DNA of 64,000 bases, taken from assembly GCF_009914755.1 (NCBI RefSeq), contig NC_060928.1; one strand, 5' to 3'. The translations under genes and the position numbers were made by a program. Source of the stretch: the human T2T-CHM13v2.0 reference genome, Homo sapiens. The notes below the pieces were generated by a model. That model had not been told where the DNA came from and ran no database searches. It saw only the letters and a program-made list of their open reading frames with translations. Positions 41,048 to 62,152 of the stretch are shown one piece after another (positions within the stretch are counted from its first letter, which is position 1; the number at the start of each line of letters is the position of its first letter).

Positions 41048-42199
41048 AAAAAAAAATAATAATAAAAAATAAAATAAAATGGTGTGTTTCTTAAGAAGCC
41101 CATTGCAATTCACTAGGAATTTTCTAAACATGCATTTTCCACCTATATGCTATATAAAAGAAAAATATTAGAGGTTCTAGAGGGGCCAAATTTTCACCAT
41201 CATTTTAATTTAACCAGGATGTGATAAAGAGAGTATAAAGAGGGTACTTAAAGAGGAGTTAAGAGATTCCACTACTGATTAATTAAATGTTTTAGTCATG
41301 AAAACAGATTTTAGTCTTTAGATTGCTCTATCCTAGTCTATCCTTTAGATTGCTCCAAAATAAAGGAGTTAAAGTAGATTATTCTCAGGGACTTTTCTAA
41401 TTTATAGTTGTTTGAATTCTATCACTGTTTCTAAGGCGAGTATAAGAAGTTTAAAGAGGACTTTTCTTTTTGTGATCTCATAGTAAAGCCTTAAAGTGTA
41501 CCAACTGGCTACTTATCAACACAATTATTCTTCATTCCAATGCCTCCTGCCATATTTTATTCATGTCTCCCATGGAGATATTTATAACCCATCCCATATT
41601 CATATAAAGTAAAGGGAAAATTTTATCAGGCTCTATACTTAATAGCTTAGCACAGAAAAACAGCAGTTGCCTCTCCCAGAGACCTTAGAAAAAGTGTGAC
41701 TACACTGAAAAGTCAGCAGACCTCAGTATGTGTGTCAACTCTTCCCTTCACCCTGGCAAGCTTTACAAGCAGAACTTTTGATAGACTCTGTAGAAGTAAC
41801 TGCTGAAACCAATTAATACCAGACAATAGAAAATATTAATTGAGCTTGCATAATATAGATAGCATTTTGCCAGACCCTACGGAGAGATTCCAAACAAATA
41901 TAAGATCTACTGGCTTCCTTCAAAGAGCTCATTGTGTGTTTAGAGGAACTGGAACTTGAAGAATGAGAAGGAAAAGTCACTTTTCTTCTTCCAGTCCTAG
42001 TGCTCTCTCAGATATACAACCATCTATTTAATTCGTTCAACTAATAGTATACTTGGACAGTACAGACATATTTTAACATTGTAATGATTTAAACTCTCAC
42101 ACTAGTCCAAAAATAAATAGATTAATGAAACTAAATACATAGCCTGATTTAGTGTTTGAAAACTGATAAAAGAGAAACATCACAAACCACTGCGGCAAA

Positions 42200-43600
<1,401 letters not shown>

Positions 43601-43819
43601 AGGAATAAAACAACAAAAGTACTGAAACTAGATTTATATTAATAAAGTCTATAGTAAAAGTCTACTTTTTTCAAATTGCTAGTTAAGTAAAATTATCTAT
43701 GATAGTGCCTATTAATACCAAAGGTAGCATTTGAAGAAATTTCATTCCATGGTAAGTTACTATAATGGCCATTGTAATTCCAGCTAACTGACATAGCCTT
43801 CTCTAGGAGAAAAGCTTAA

Positions 43820-44055
43820 AGAAGGATAGCCAGTTGGTTAAGCACAAACTCTGAGGCCAAACTCCTTGTGTTAAGATCCTAGCCCCATTATCTGCTAAGT
43901 CCCTCAACCTCAGTTTCCTCATGTGTAAAGTGGTGAAAATAATAGTGCTCACAACACTGAATTCTTATGATAATTCAATGAGTTAATATGTTTCATGTGC
44001 TTAAAACAAAGGCTAAAACACAATTAACGCTCAACAAATATTAGCTGCCATTATG
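43820..44055 (+). mobile_element. MIR SINE
   Basis: 'cctcagtttcctcatgtgtaaagtgg...aatgagttaatatg...ctcaacaaatattagctg'. Confidence 0.75.
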
Positions 44056-44479
44056 CTTATTATCACTGAAGCTTCCTCACCACACTAGTTTGAGTTCATT
44101 AGATATCTCAAAATGTACATCTCAAAAGGATACAATATAATCAGCACACACATGAAAATTCTGTTTTTTCCATTGCTGTGATAGCTGAGCACTTCTAACA
44201 TGGATTATAAAAATTACCCTCATTAACACTTTGAAAGAAAAGTACAAATCAAGACCCACATGTCATATGTCTACATGCTTTAAAAGCTAACGAATCATTA
44301 AATTAACAAAAATTCTATCCTCCTTGTTTGACAAATACACTTCATGGTGACCTAGAAGGCCAAGTTCAAATGTAAACTTCTCACAATCCTTAGAATTCAG
44401 CATCTATGAATGGCTGAATGGGGAGAACCCTGCCACTGCTACCACCAACACCAGCACACATGTGCATGGCATAGACAGA

Positions 44480-50078
<5,599 letters not shown>

Positions 50079-50089
50079 GAGCCAAAGAT

Positions 50090-50398
<309 letters not shown>

Positions 50399-50534
50399 GC
50401 CAAAGATTTGGATTAATGGCTTAATGGAGCAGGGTGCTCTGAGGCCTACTGTGTGAAGGAGGTGGAGAAAACAGCAGCAAGTGTGCCAATAGTTATCTGA
50501 AGACTCAACAGGTTTTTAATGTGGACCATGCAAC

Positions 50535-50773
50535 TGTGTGATAGAGTTGGCTTGTATTAGCTGGCGTGATAACTGATTATAGCTGGCTATGAAAACTAAT
50601 TGCACATATCTCTTCCAATTCTGGGTTCAATTATGTCAAGTTGGGAGCTTGAAATCTGCCACAGAGGGAGTACTTACATGAAGGAAATAAGCAAATGCTA
50701 AAAATTACAAATCATTCCTTTTTTCACCCCTTATTGGAGAGCTGGTTCTTTAATATTCATCACCACACCACTG
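50535..50773. mobile_element. MER63-like hAT DNA transposon relic
   Basis: 'gttgggagcttgaaatctgccacagagggagta...gagagctggtt...caccacaccactg'. Confidence 0.55.
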
Positions 50774-51573
50774 GCATCATGACAGTAAGTTCCAAATCTG
50801 CCTCATAAGAAAGCTCATCATCTAAGAAGGTTTTCTAATTTCCTCATTATCAAGGACATATATTTGTATTTTTGTAATTGGAATAATTTTAGTACTGTTC
50901 ATTTAAAGATTACTTTTTCTTAAGAAGCATGAATTATTACTGAAAGACCTCATGTATTGAGGGTTTTAAAAATATTTTATAGAAAATTTTCAATATTTAT
51001 ATACAAAGTAGGGAGAATAGCATATGAGTTCATATGAGCTTTAATAATTAAGACAGATAATTGCTTTATTTATATCCCACTCGCTACCCACTTCTTAATA
51101 ATTTTGAAGGAAATTCTATATCATTTATTGATACATATTTAACTATGTCATCTCTGAAAGCTAAGTATTATTTCAGCAAACTAAGTGTAATTATTACTCC
51201 TAAAAATGTTCCTTCATATTATCAAATATATTAGTAGTGTTTACATTTCTAATTGTCTTCAATGATTTGTACAATTTATTTGAATCATTATTCAAATAAG
51301 GCTTATATCTGAATTGATTGGTTTTAAGATTTGATTTTTTAAAGATTTTTTAATCTAGAGCTTTCCCCAATTTTTTGGAATTCATTTATTAAAAAACAAA
51401 CAACCAGATCATTTGTCCTGTACAGTTTTACCATCTGGATTTCACTGATTGCAACTCCATGGTGTTATTTAATTTGTTCCTCTGTCCCTTATATTGCTTT
51501 TGAATTGGTGGTCAACTCCAGAGATTTAATCACATTCTGGTTTTATTTTTGAGGGATAGAAAAAGGGAAGGTG

Positions 51574-51878
<305 letters not shown>

Positions 51879-52706
51879 AGACAGAGAAAGGGAAGGTGGG
51901 TCATAATTAGTAACTTCACAGCTGACACTGTGGACTTACCAAGAGGTCTACAATGTCTGGTTGTCTTTGTTTGTGTGTGATTTTATTTGCCACTGATTAT
52001 TATCACTGAAATTCATTAGTTTGGGAGGTTAGAAAATGGTAATATTCTACCATTTCTTCCTTATTTATTAATTGGAATCATTTTATAAAGAGAAATTTCT
52101 TTTATAAATTTTTTGGTCTTCCAATCGTTTGTACCCAAGTCAAATACTTGAAACAAATTATATTCAAATAAGTCTAAGGTTCATCTATGTCCCCACTATT
52201 CTACTCATTTGTACTCTGAGGTATAGCTCATAAAAGGAAGAAAGGATAAATAATTGCTTTTGTTCTAATTTGCCAATTTTTGAAACTAATGAGCTAGTTT
52301 CCTGATAGTCTCCAAAAGTAACTATTTTAGTATTATTATTAATATATTTAAACAAATATGATATGTTTCCATCCATTGCAGTTATTACTCTGATTAACGT
52401 TCAAAGTGGCCCATCTTTGACCAGTGGGTGACAATTCATGTTGGCTCCTGAGTCCTTTGAGTGCAACCTCTGTAGTCTCTAACAGCTTCCTTGCTTCTGG
52501 TATGACAATTTGTTCCAGGTTTATCTTACACATTTCTACCATCAACTGAAATCACTCTTTTCTCCAGGAAACTCTAATTCCTACTAATGTGAAATGGTGT
52601 TTAGAGACTACAATCTTGGCACCAGGGGTGTTCCATGCTTTTGAGGTTTTGGCTGTTTCAGAGGAAATAACATAGAAAACATACTTTTTAAGAAACATAC
52701 TATGCC

Positions 52707-53025
<319 letters not shown>

Positions 53026-54189
53026 TCATATTAATATTTTCAATTCATGGATATTACATCTGTATCTTCTTTCACCACACCGTAAAACTTGCTTCTCAAC
53101 ACCAATATGTCTCATCTGCTTTATCACACAATACACACAGTATCTCTGTATAATAATGCCAAACTACTACCAAAATTATGATTACTAAAAACAGATTTTA
53201 AAAATATTTCACTGCTACTTTTGCCCTGAAGAGATATTCCACTAGAAATGTACAAGTTACTGTGTTCTGAAGTCACTTAGACTAGTTCCTCTGTGTGTGG
53301 TTATCCACCAACTGGAGACACAGTTCATTTCATTTGTATTATTTTCTTCTTGATGTGAAGGGAATTTTAATTGTTTAATTTTATATTTTATCTGTGTACA
53401 ATATTAACAGTGGTCCATAATCAAATACTTGAAAGACAGTATATTCAAAGAAGGCTAAGTCCCACTCATGTCCCCTTATAACCTATTCTCTCCTCTTCAT
53501 CCAGCAGCACCAATTCTGCTTACCAAAAATGTCCCATGAGACACTCACATCCCATTTATTTTCTATTTTATGGTTTATTTTCCATTTCTAACATAAGCAA
53601 TACAGTTATTCTTTCTTATGAAAATTGTTACATACTGTGTATACTTCTCCCCCCCACACCTTTTTCTTAATTTAACAATACATCCTGCACATTACTCCAG
53701 AGTAGTATATTCAGATTTTCCATATTTCTTCTTAGGCCTGAAGAGTACTCCTGTAAGATAATAAACAATAGTTCATTCTAGCATGGAACATTTAGATTAT
53801 ATCCAGTCTTTTCTTATCATAAAAACACTGCAATTAACAGACTTATGCATACATCATTTTGTATTTTTCTATTGTGTAATAGGCATAGACCCCTAGAATT
53901 CAGATTTTTACAGATCCAGAAGTAAATGTGTAATTTTGCTGAATATTGTCAAATTTTCCTCCATAGTGGTTGTACCATTATATATCAGCTCTAGCCTTGC
54001 CAAAAGAAAGTTTTTGAAATTGGGTGTTTAACAATCAGGTGGGAAATAGATGGCATCTCAGTGATGTTTTTATTTTGTATTCCCCCTATTATGAGCATCT
54101 TTTCACATAGTTTAGACACATTTGCTCTTTTTTCTTTCAAAAATTTGTATTTTAACTCATTTTTTATAGTTACTTGTCTCTATATTCAG

Positions 54190-57100
54190 CTGTTATTTCT
54201 TTAATTTCAGTAGCTTTAGGGGTACACATAGTTTTTAGTTACATGGATTAATTGCATAGTGGTAAAGTATGGGTTTTTAGTGTAACCATCACCCAGATAG
54301 TGTACACTGTAGCCAATAGATGATTTTTTTCTCCCTCACCCCTCTTTCAGCCTTCCCCCTTGAGTCCCCAATGTCCAATATACCACTCTGTATGCTTTTG
54401 TGTACCCATGGCTTCGCTCCCACTTATAAGTAAGAAGATGCAGATTTTGGTTTTTCATTCCCCTGAGTTAGTTCAGTTAAGATAATAGCCTCCAATTCCA
54501 TCTAAGTTGGCGTAAAAGACATTATTTCATTCTTTTTTATATCTGAGTACTACTCCATAGTACATATGTGCCACATTTTCTTTATCCATTCATCAGTTAA
54601 TGGGCACCTAAGGTGATTCCATATCTTAGCAATTGTGAATTGTGCTGTGATAAACATTTGAGTGCAGATGTCTTTTTGATATAATGGCTTATCTTCCTTT
54701 GGGTAGATGCCCAGTAGTGGGATTGCTACATGAAATGGTAGATCTACTTTTAGTTCTATGAGAAATCTCCGTACTGTTTTCCATAAGGGTTGTTCTAATT
54801 TACATTCCCATCAACAGTGTATAAACATTCACCTTTTCACCTCATCCATACCAACATCTATTGGTTTTTTTTGACTTTTTAAATAATGGCCATTCTGACT
54901 GGGATAGGGTTGCATCTTGTTGTGGTTTAAATTTGCATTTCTGTGATGATTAGTGATGTCAAACATTTTTTCATTAGTTAGTTGGCCACTTGTATTTCTT
55001 CTTTCGATAAATGTCTGTTCATGTCGTTTGCCCACTTCTTAATGAGATAATTCATTTTTTCTTGCTAATTTGTTTGAGTTTCTTGTAGGTCCCGGACATT
55101 AGTCTTTTGTCAGATGTATAGTTTGAAAATATATTGTCTCACTCTGTAGATGGTCTATTTACTGTGTTGATTATTTATTTTGCCATGCATAAGCTTCTTA
55201 GTTTAATTAAGCTCTGTTTGTCTGTTTTTGTTTTGTTTGCATTTGCTTTTAGGGTTTTAGCCATAAATTCCTTACCTAGGCCAATGTCCAGAAGAGTTTT
55301 TCCTATTCTTATTGTGGGATTTTCATGGTTTAATGTCTTACACTTAAGTCTTTAATCCATCTTGAGTTAAATTTTGTATAAGGTGAGAGATAGAGATCCA
55401 GTTTCATTCATCTACACGTGGCTATCCAATTTTCCTAGTATCATTTATTGAATAGGGTGTCCTTTGCCCAGTGTATGTTTTCATCTGCTTTGTCAAAGAT
55501 CAGTTGGTTGTAGGTATTTGGCTGTATTTCTGGGTTCTTTATTCGGTTTCCTTGGAATATGTATCTATTTTTATACCAGTATCATGGTGTTTTGGTTACT
55601 ATAGGCTTGTAGCATAGCCTGAAGTCTGGTAATGCGATGCCTCCAGATTTATTCTTTTTGCTTAGAATCGCTTTGGCTATTCATGGTTTTTTTTAGTTCC
55701 ACATGCATTTCAGGATTGTTTATTCTAATCCTGTGAAAAATGGCATAGGTATTTTGACAGGAATTGCACTGAAGCTGAGCAGTATGCTCTGGAAGCATGA
55801 GTAGTATGCTCATTTTCACAATATTGATTCTTTCCATCCATGAACATGGGATGTTTTTCTATTTGTTTGTGTCCTGTGTGATTTATTTCATCAGTGTTTT
55901 GTAGTTCTGCTTGTGGAGATCTTTCATCTCCTTGGTTAAATATATTCTTAGGTACTTTGTTGGCAGCTATTGTAAATGGGATTGAGTTCTTGATTTGAAT
56001 CTCCGCCTGGTCATTATTGGTATACAGCAGAGTTACCGACTTGTGTACATTGTTTTTGTAACCTGAGACTTCACTGAGTTCACATATCAAATCTAAGAGT
56101 CTTTCTGATACCAATCCTACTGAAACTATTCCAAAAGGCTGAGTGTATTAGTCAGGGTTCTCTAGAGAGACAGGACTAGTAGGATATAAGTATATATGAA
56201 AAGGAGTGTATTAAGGAGAATTGACTCACACGAACACAATGTAAAGTCCCACGATAGGCCATCTGCAAGTTGAGGGGCAAGTAAGGCAGTGGTGGATCAG
56301 TCTGAGTCCCAAAACCCCAAAAGTAGGGAAGCTGACAGTGTAGCATCAGTCTATGGCCAAAGGCTTGAGAACCCCTGGCAAACCACTGGTGTATGTCTAA
56401 GAGTCCAAAAGCTGAAGAATTTTGAGTCTGATGTTCAAGGGCAGGAAGCATCCAGTGTGGAAGAAAGATGAAGGCTGGAAGACTCTGCAAGTCCACTGTT
56501 TCCATCTTTTTCTGCCTGCTTTATTCAAGTCACTCTGGCAGCTAATTAGATGGTGCCCACACAGACTGAGGTGCGTCTGCCTCTCCCAGTCCACTGACTC
56601 AAATGTCAATCTCCTTTGGCAACACCCTCACAGACTCACCCAGGAACAATATTTTGCATCCTTCAATCCAATCAAGTTGACATTTAATATTAACCATCAC
56701 AATGAGGAAGAGGGAATCCTCCCTTCTTCATTCTACAAAGCCAGTATCACCCTAATACCAAAGCCAGGAAAGGACACACACACAAAAGACAAAACTACAG
56801 ACCAATATCCACGATGAATATAGATGCAAAAATCCTTAACAAAACACGAGGAAATCATATCCAACACCACATTAAAGATATAAATCACCATGATTAAGTA
56901 GGTTTCATCCTAAGGATGCAAGGATGGTTTCACATAGGCAAGACAATAAATGTGATTCACCACATAAACAGAATTAAAAATAAAAACCATATTATCATTT
57001 CAATAGATGCATAAAAAACATCTGATAAAATTCTGCATCCCTTCATGATAAGAAAACCTGAGTAAAGTAGGCATAAAAGGAACATACCTCAAAATAATAA

Positions 57101-57330
57101 AGGCAACAAACCCACAGCCAACACCATCCTGAATGAGGGAAAGTTAAAAGCATTCACCCTTAGAATTGGAGCAAGGCAAGGATGCCCACTTTTACCACTT
57201 CTATTCAACATACTACTAGAAGTCCTAGCCAGAACAATCATGCAAGAAAAAGAAATAAAAGGCATCCAAATTGGAAAAAAAGAAGTCAGATTATCTTTGT
57301 TCACTGAGGAGATGGTCTTATACCTTCAAA
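54190..57330. mobile_element. L1PB-type element with a 5' inversion: 3' part on minus (54190 to ~56105), inverted upstream ORF2 part on plus (~56106-57330)
   Basis: Orientation switches at 'aagagtctttc|tgataccaatcctactgaaac'. The plus part ends ('ggtcttataccttcaaaatcct') about where the minus part begins in ORF2 order. Confidence 0.8.
56144..56701 (-). mobile_element. ERVL solo LTR (MLT2A-type) nested in L1
   Basis: 'tgtattagtcagggttctctagagagacagga...caatccaatcaagttgacatttaatattaaccatcaca'; TSD ctgag/atgag. Confidence 0.9.
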
Positions 57331-57334
57331 ATCC

Positions 57335-59150
57335 TCAGATGCCCTTTATTTATTAGGAATATTAACCCTTTGTCTCTAACAGAATTTGCAAGTATTTTTC
57401 CCCAGCTCATAGTTTGTATGTTTGCTTATGACATAATTTCCCATGCAAAACTTTTAATGCAGTCAAAAATTTCAAACGTTTTCTTTATTGCTTCTAGATT
57501 TTGAATTAAAGTTAGAAAAAAAATCACATTCTCAGAATAGAGGAATTCGCTCATGTATCCTTTCAGAACCTGTATGGTGTTGTGGTTTTTATATTTAATC
57601 TCTGATGTTTTTGGATTTTAGCTTTATGTAAGGAATAAATAAAGAATGGAACTAATGTTATTTTTCCACATGGCCATCCCCAAAACTTCTTAATAAAACT
57701 TTTATCTTTTTTTTTCTATTGATTGAGATGTGGCTGGCCTTATGGTACACTAAATATAACACCTCTGTATATTTATAGATGATTATGTAATTTTTTTCTT
57801 GAGTTATATACATTAGCTAATGTCTCTAAAACTATGTTAAATAGCAGTGGAGAAAATGGGCAATCTTACTTGGTTTCAAGTTCAGAATAAAATCTTTTAT
57901 TGTTTCTCCATCAAATAAGATGCTAGATTCCTAGATGATGACTTTGGAGAGAAAGAGAGCGGGAAAGAGAGAGATCATGTTAAGTATCCATTAATTAATA
58001 TTAATATTTTATTGTTTATAATATGAATGGGTATTATTATGTAATTTTTTTCTGCCTAGTTTTTTTAATATGTCTTAAAAATTCAATGTAATTTTTAATG
58101 TTGAACCACTGTTACATTTCTGGAATTAATCCCAGTACACTGTCATAATGCATTATTTTTTAAATGTGCTATTGAATTATGTTTACTAATATTTTATTTA
58201 AGACTTTTATGTCGATATTTATAAATGAGATTTTCTCTACTTTTCTTGGTGCAATCATTGTCAGCTTTTGGGATCAAAGTTGTCATATATTCAGAAAATG
58301 GAACTGAAAGATTTCTTCCTTGTCTATTTGTTCTGGCATACCTTAAACGCATTGGAATTATCAAATCATTAAAGGTTTGGTAGAATTTCTCTATGAGACA
58401 AACTGAATCTGGTGGCCTGTGTTAGAGCTTAATTACTTTTTTGTTTCTTTTATAATTATCGTTTGATTTATGTTTTATTGTAGTCAAATGTGGTAAATTG
58501 AATTTAGTTTTTAAATTATTCATTTTTGTCAAGATTTTCAAATCTATTTGCATAGATTTGGGCAAAGTCAAAGTTTATTTTAAAAATAGATTATGTGTTT
58601 ATTTGGAGTGATTTTGAGGGGATAGAGAAAGATGCTTTGGTGTCATCACTGTAGCTCAAAGTTGGCCAAGGGAAGCATCTCCAGAAACTCTGGTCACTCA
58701 TGTATATACATTTTAAGTAGAACTTCAAAATTGCTTGGTTTTGCTCCTTTTTTATTTTTAATTTTGGGTTTTGCTTTCATCTTTCTATTCTCTCTTTCAT
58801 TATGTTAGGTAATAGCTTTTTAATTTTGTTATTAAAGAAATAACTTGATAGGATTTTAGAACTATTTTTCTGTTTTCTAATTAATTTATTTGTTCTTATT
58901 AATATTAATTCTTCTTTCTTTCTTTCGATTTACTTTGTTGTTCTTTTTCTAGGTTTTTGAATTGGGTGTTTAGTTCATTCATTTTCATTTTTATTTATAT
59001 AAGTATTTGATGCTGTAAGTTTTCCTTTGATAACATAGTCATATCCCACAGATTCTGTTTTTCTGTTTTCATTATTGTTATTTTTCAACAATTCTGCAAT
59101 TTTGAGTTTCTCCCTTGAACCAAGTGGTTTTTAGTAGCATCTTTTTGTAA
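57335..59150 (-). mobile_element. Very old L1M ORF2 fragments
   Basis: 'atgttaaatagcagtggagaaaatgggcaatcttac', 'aatgttgaaccactgttacatttctggaattaatccca', 'aaaggtttggtagaatttc'. Confidence 0.65.
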
Positions 59151-59239
59151 AGAAAACGGAATTTTATTTCCCATTAGTATACTCTCCTCCGCAACCTACC
59201 CATACTGACTTGAAATAGTGATTTTAAAAAGTAAATACT

Positions 59240-59535
<296 letters not shown>

Positions 59536-61744
59536 ACTAAATACTGGCAGTTACTCATGATTGTTTATGCAGGCTCATGGAAAATAAATAAAATAAAATA
59601 TCACACAATGAGCCCTAGTAACAAAACCTGGAAAACAAATGAATGGTAAGCTTCTTCCCCTCCTTTAGATCTTCAGTTCCAACTTCATTTATTGGCATTT
59701 CTTTGTCTCTAATTCCCTCAGGTGCCCTCCTTGCTTTCTAAAGCCACAATATGGAGGTCTTTGGTTCACCAGCTATTTTAATACTGTCAAAAGACAAATG
59801 GCACCCCTTGCTGAAGTACTGTAGAGGGTACTGCAGCCTCCTGAATAAATTTGCAATGCTTTATCTTACTGAGGTTAGAAACAAAAGACATTTTTTTTTG
59901 GAGGGGATTGGGAAAAGAATTTTCATGCATGATGCTTTGTTAATATTTCATTCTATTTTAGTGTACTTGTAGCAATAGGATTTATCTTCCACTTGTTTCT
60001 GGGGGTCTTTCAGCAATTCTTTCACAAGAAATTCCAAGCATTTCCTTCTAACTGAAATTTGAAAGCTCATACTGACTCTAAACACGCATCTAAAGCAAAT
60101 CTCCTCACCCCCTCTAAACTACAATTTAGAATCCAAACCTCAGAGTGTGTGTCATTTTCTTTCTCCTAACATGGCTCAGAGATGAGTAAAGTTTGGCTCT
60201 AGTTTTCTATCTCAGAGCCTACTCCTTTTTCGTCTTAATTTAATTGGTACCTCATATGGGGACAGCAGTTGAAATGTTATTACATCTCAGGCTCCCCGGG
60301 GAATTAGGGAGTTCACCAGAGTCAGGAGGGAAACTCAGCAGCTTTACAAAGAACAAAAGCCAGAGTAATGGGGCCAGTGCCAGCAGAGATAAATCAGGGT
60401 GCCAGAATGGGGGCCAATGCCCGTGTGAGCAGCTGAGGAGAGCTAGAACCCTGTGGCATTAGAAGAATAGACTACATTAAGGGCCAGCAGCCAACCTGGA
60501 GCTGCAGGGTGGAGAGAGAGAGCTCACTTTCCCAGCTGACCAAATGGGATCAGATCAAAGAGCCCAGTGGAATTATTTTTTGCGGCATAAAGTACCCTTC
60601 AGAACCTGAGCCAGGGCTGCACAGCTGGTGCCAAGGACACACCAAAGAGATGAGCAATCCACAGGGGATCCATCCTCAGGACTGCATTAGGAGGCAGTTT
60701 CAGAGACGGCCCTGGAAGACCATACTGAAATAACCACAGCTGAATGCTATAAAATTCCAGTGCTACTGCACTGCTCAACGTGACATTAGTGAGCAAACGT
60801 TACCAGCACCCATCAACACAGAGCAGAACTGCACAGCTCCCTGTTGACAGAATGAGACAAGATTAGTGAAAAACGAAGGAAAAAAAACAGCATGGGTACA
60901 TGTAATTTTTACATCATTTTAGATGAGAAATGTTTTTAGTTTAGATCCAATCAATATTTTCTTTCTAAAAAGGGTTATTTCTAATTGAAATAACCTCTCG
61001 CTAACAACAGCTCTCCATGTTTACCTCCTTTTGTCTTTTGTCATAATTATCTGAGGAAACACGATATGATATATAAAAGAGATTAACATTTTTACCTAGG
61101 ATGTGACCCATATAACGGAAGCGTGCCTTGTTGTTTTCAAGAACAATAATTACAGTGAATGTGATTTAGTTGGAAAAGAAAAGCATACAAATTCATTCCA
61201 AAGAAGAGAGCTTATAACATGATGTCAATATGTAAGTCAACTCATTTTGATGCTGCCCTGTAATCTAGATATTGTTTCCATTGAAAAAATAGGTTTAAGA
61301 AAAGATTGTTGTCAAATAAACGTGTTTGATGTGTTATTATACCTCTTAAAACTTTTACAAGTACTTCCTTGAACTGAAAAATACAAAACCTTTATACATT
61401 AAAGTATCATGTTATTTGCTCCAAACTTGTATTTATAGTTCTATTAAATAGTATCCTTGTCTAAGAGACCAAAAAAGAAAAAAAAAAGACAGAACAAAGA
61501 TGCCACTCTGCAAAATCTGAGAATAAAGGTAAAACATCTTTTCCATTGCCTATGGTATTGAAACCAAGAAATATAAGGTTGATATTTTTTCCAGTTCTCC
61601 TCAAATGCCATTATCATATCACACTCTATTCAAGAACCTACTGTGACCTTAATTAAGGTCCATGATAACTGATCTTAATCAGATCTCTAGTTGTCTATTG
61701 CATTATTTCTATTAGGAAATACTTTATATATAATATGTAATAAT

Positions 61745-61930
61745 ACTCTCATAATGCCAGATTTTAAATCCTTTGTAAACATCAAACCCATTATAACAAC
61801 ACTGTGGGATAGGTACTTTTATCATCAACTTCATTTTCATATGTAGAAACAGGAAAAGACAAGCTAAATTATTTGCTGGAAGTCACACAGCTATCAAGAG
61901 GTAAAACCCAGGCAGTTTGACTCCAGAGAT
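61745..61930 (-). mobile_element. MIR SINE
   Basis: 'ataacaacactgtgggataggtac...cattttcatatgtagaaacagg...aagtcacacagcta...aacccaggcagtttgactccagag'. Confidence 0.7.
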
Positions 61931-62093
61931 CCTGTAGAGGTTCATATACTGTGGATTTTGCTGATTTTTTTCCCCAAAGTGTCTTTTCTTCATAGTTAAT
62001 AGAAGTACTTTAGAATAATTTTACTTGATTTTCATATGTTTTATTCTTATCTAGTATTTAAATTTGACACCTATTTTTAATCCCCAGAGTTAG

Positions 62094-62152
62094 TCATCAT
62101 GATCATCATCATTGTCGTCATCATCATCATGATGCCACCATCAATATCATCA
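62094..62152. repeat. (CAT)n imperfect trinucleotide repeat
   Basis: tcatcatgatcatcatcattgtcgtcatcatcatcatgatg. Confidence 0.85.

Larger units (their letters stand above)
39544..41075 (+). mobile_element. L1-mobilised retrocopy of a transcript made of antisense old-L1 plus antisense young-L1PA sequence
   Basis: Perfect 16-bp TSD aaaatggtgtgtttct at 39528-39543 and 41076-41091, preceded by ttt (L1 endonuclease TT/AAAA site). AATAAA at 41026-41031 and an A-rich tail at 41048-41075 on plus. Confidence 0.9.
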
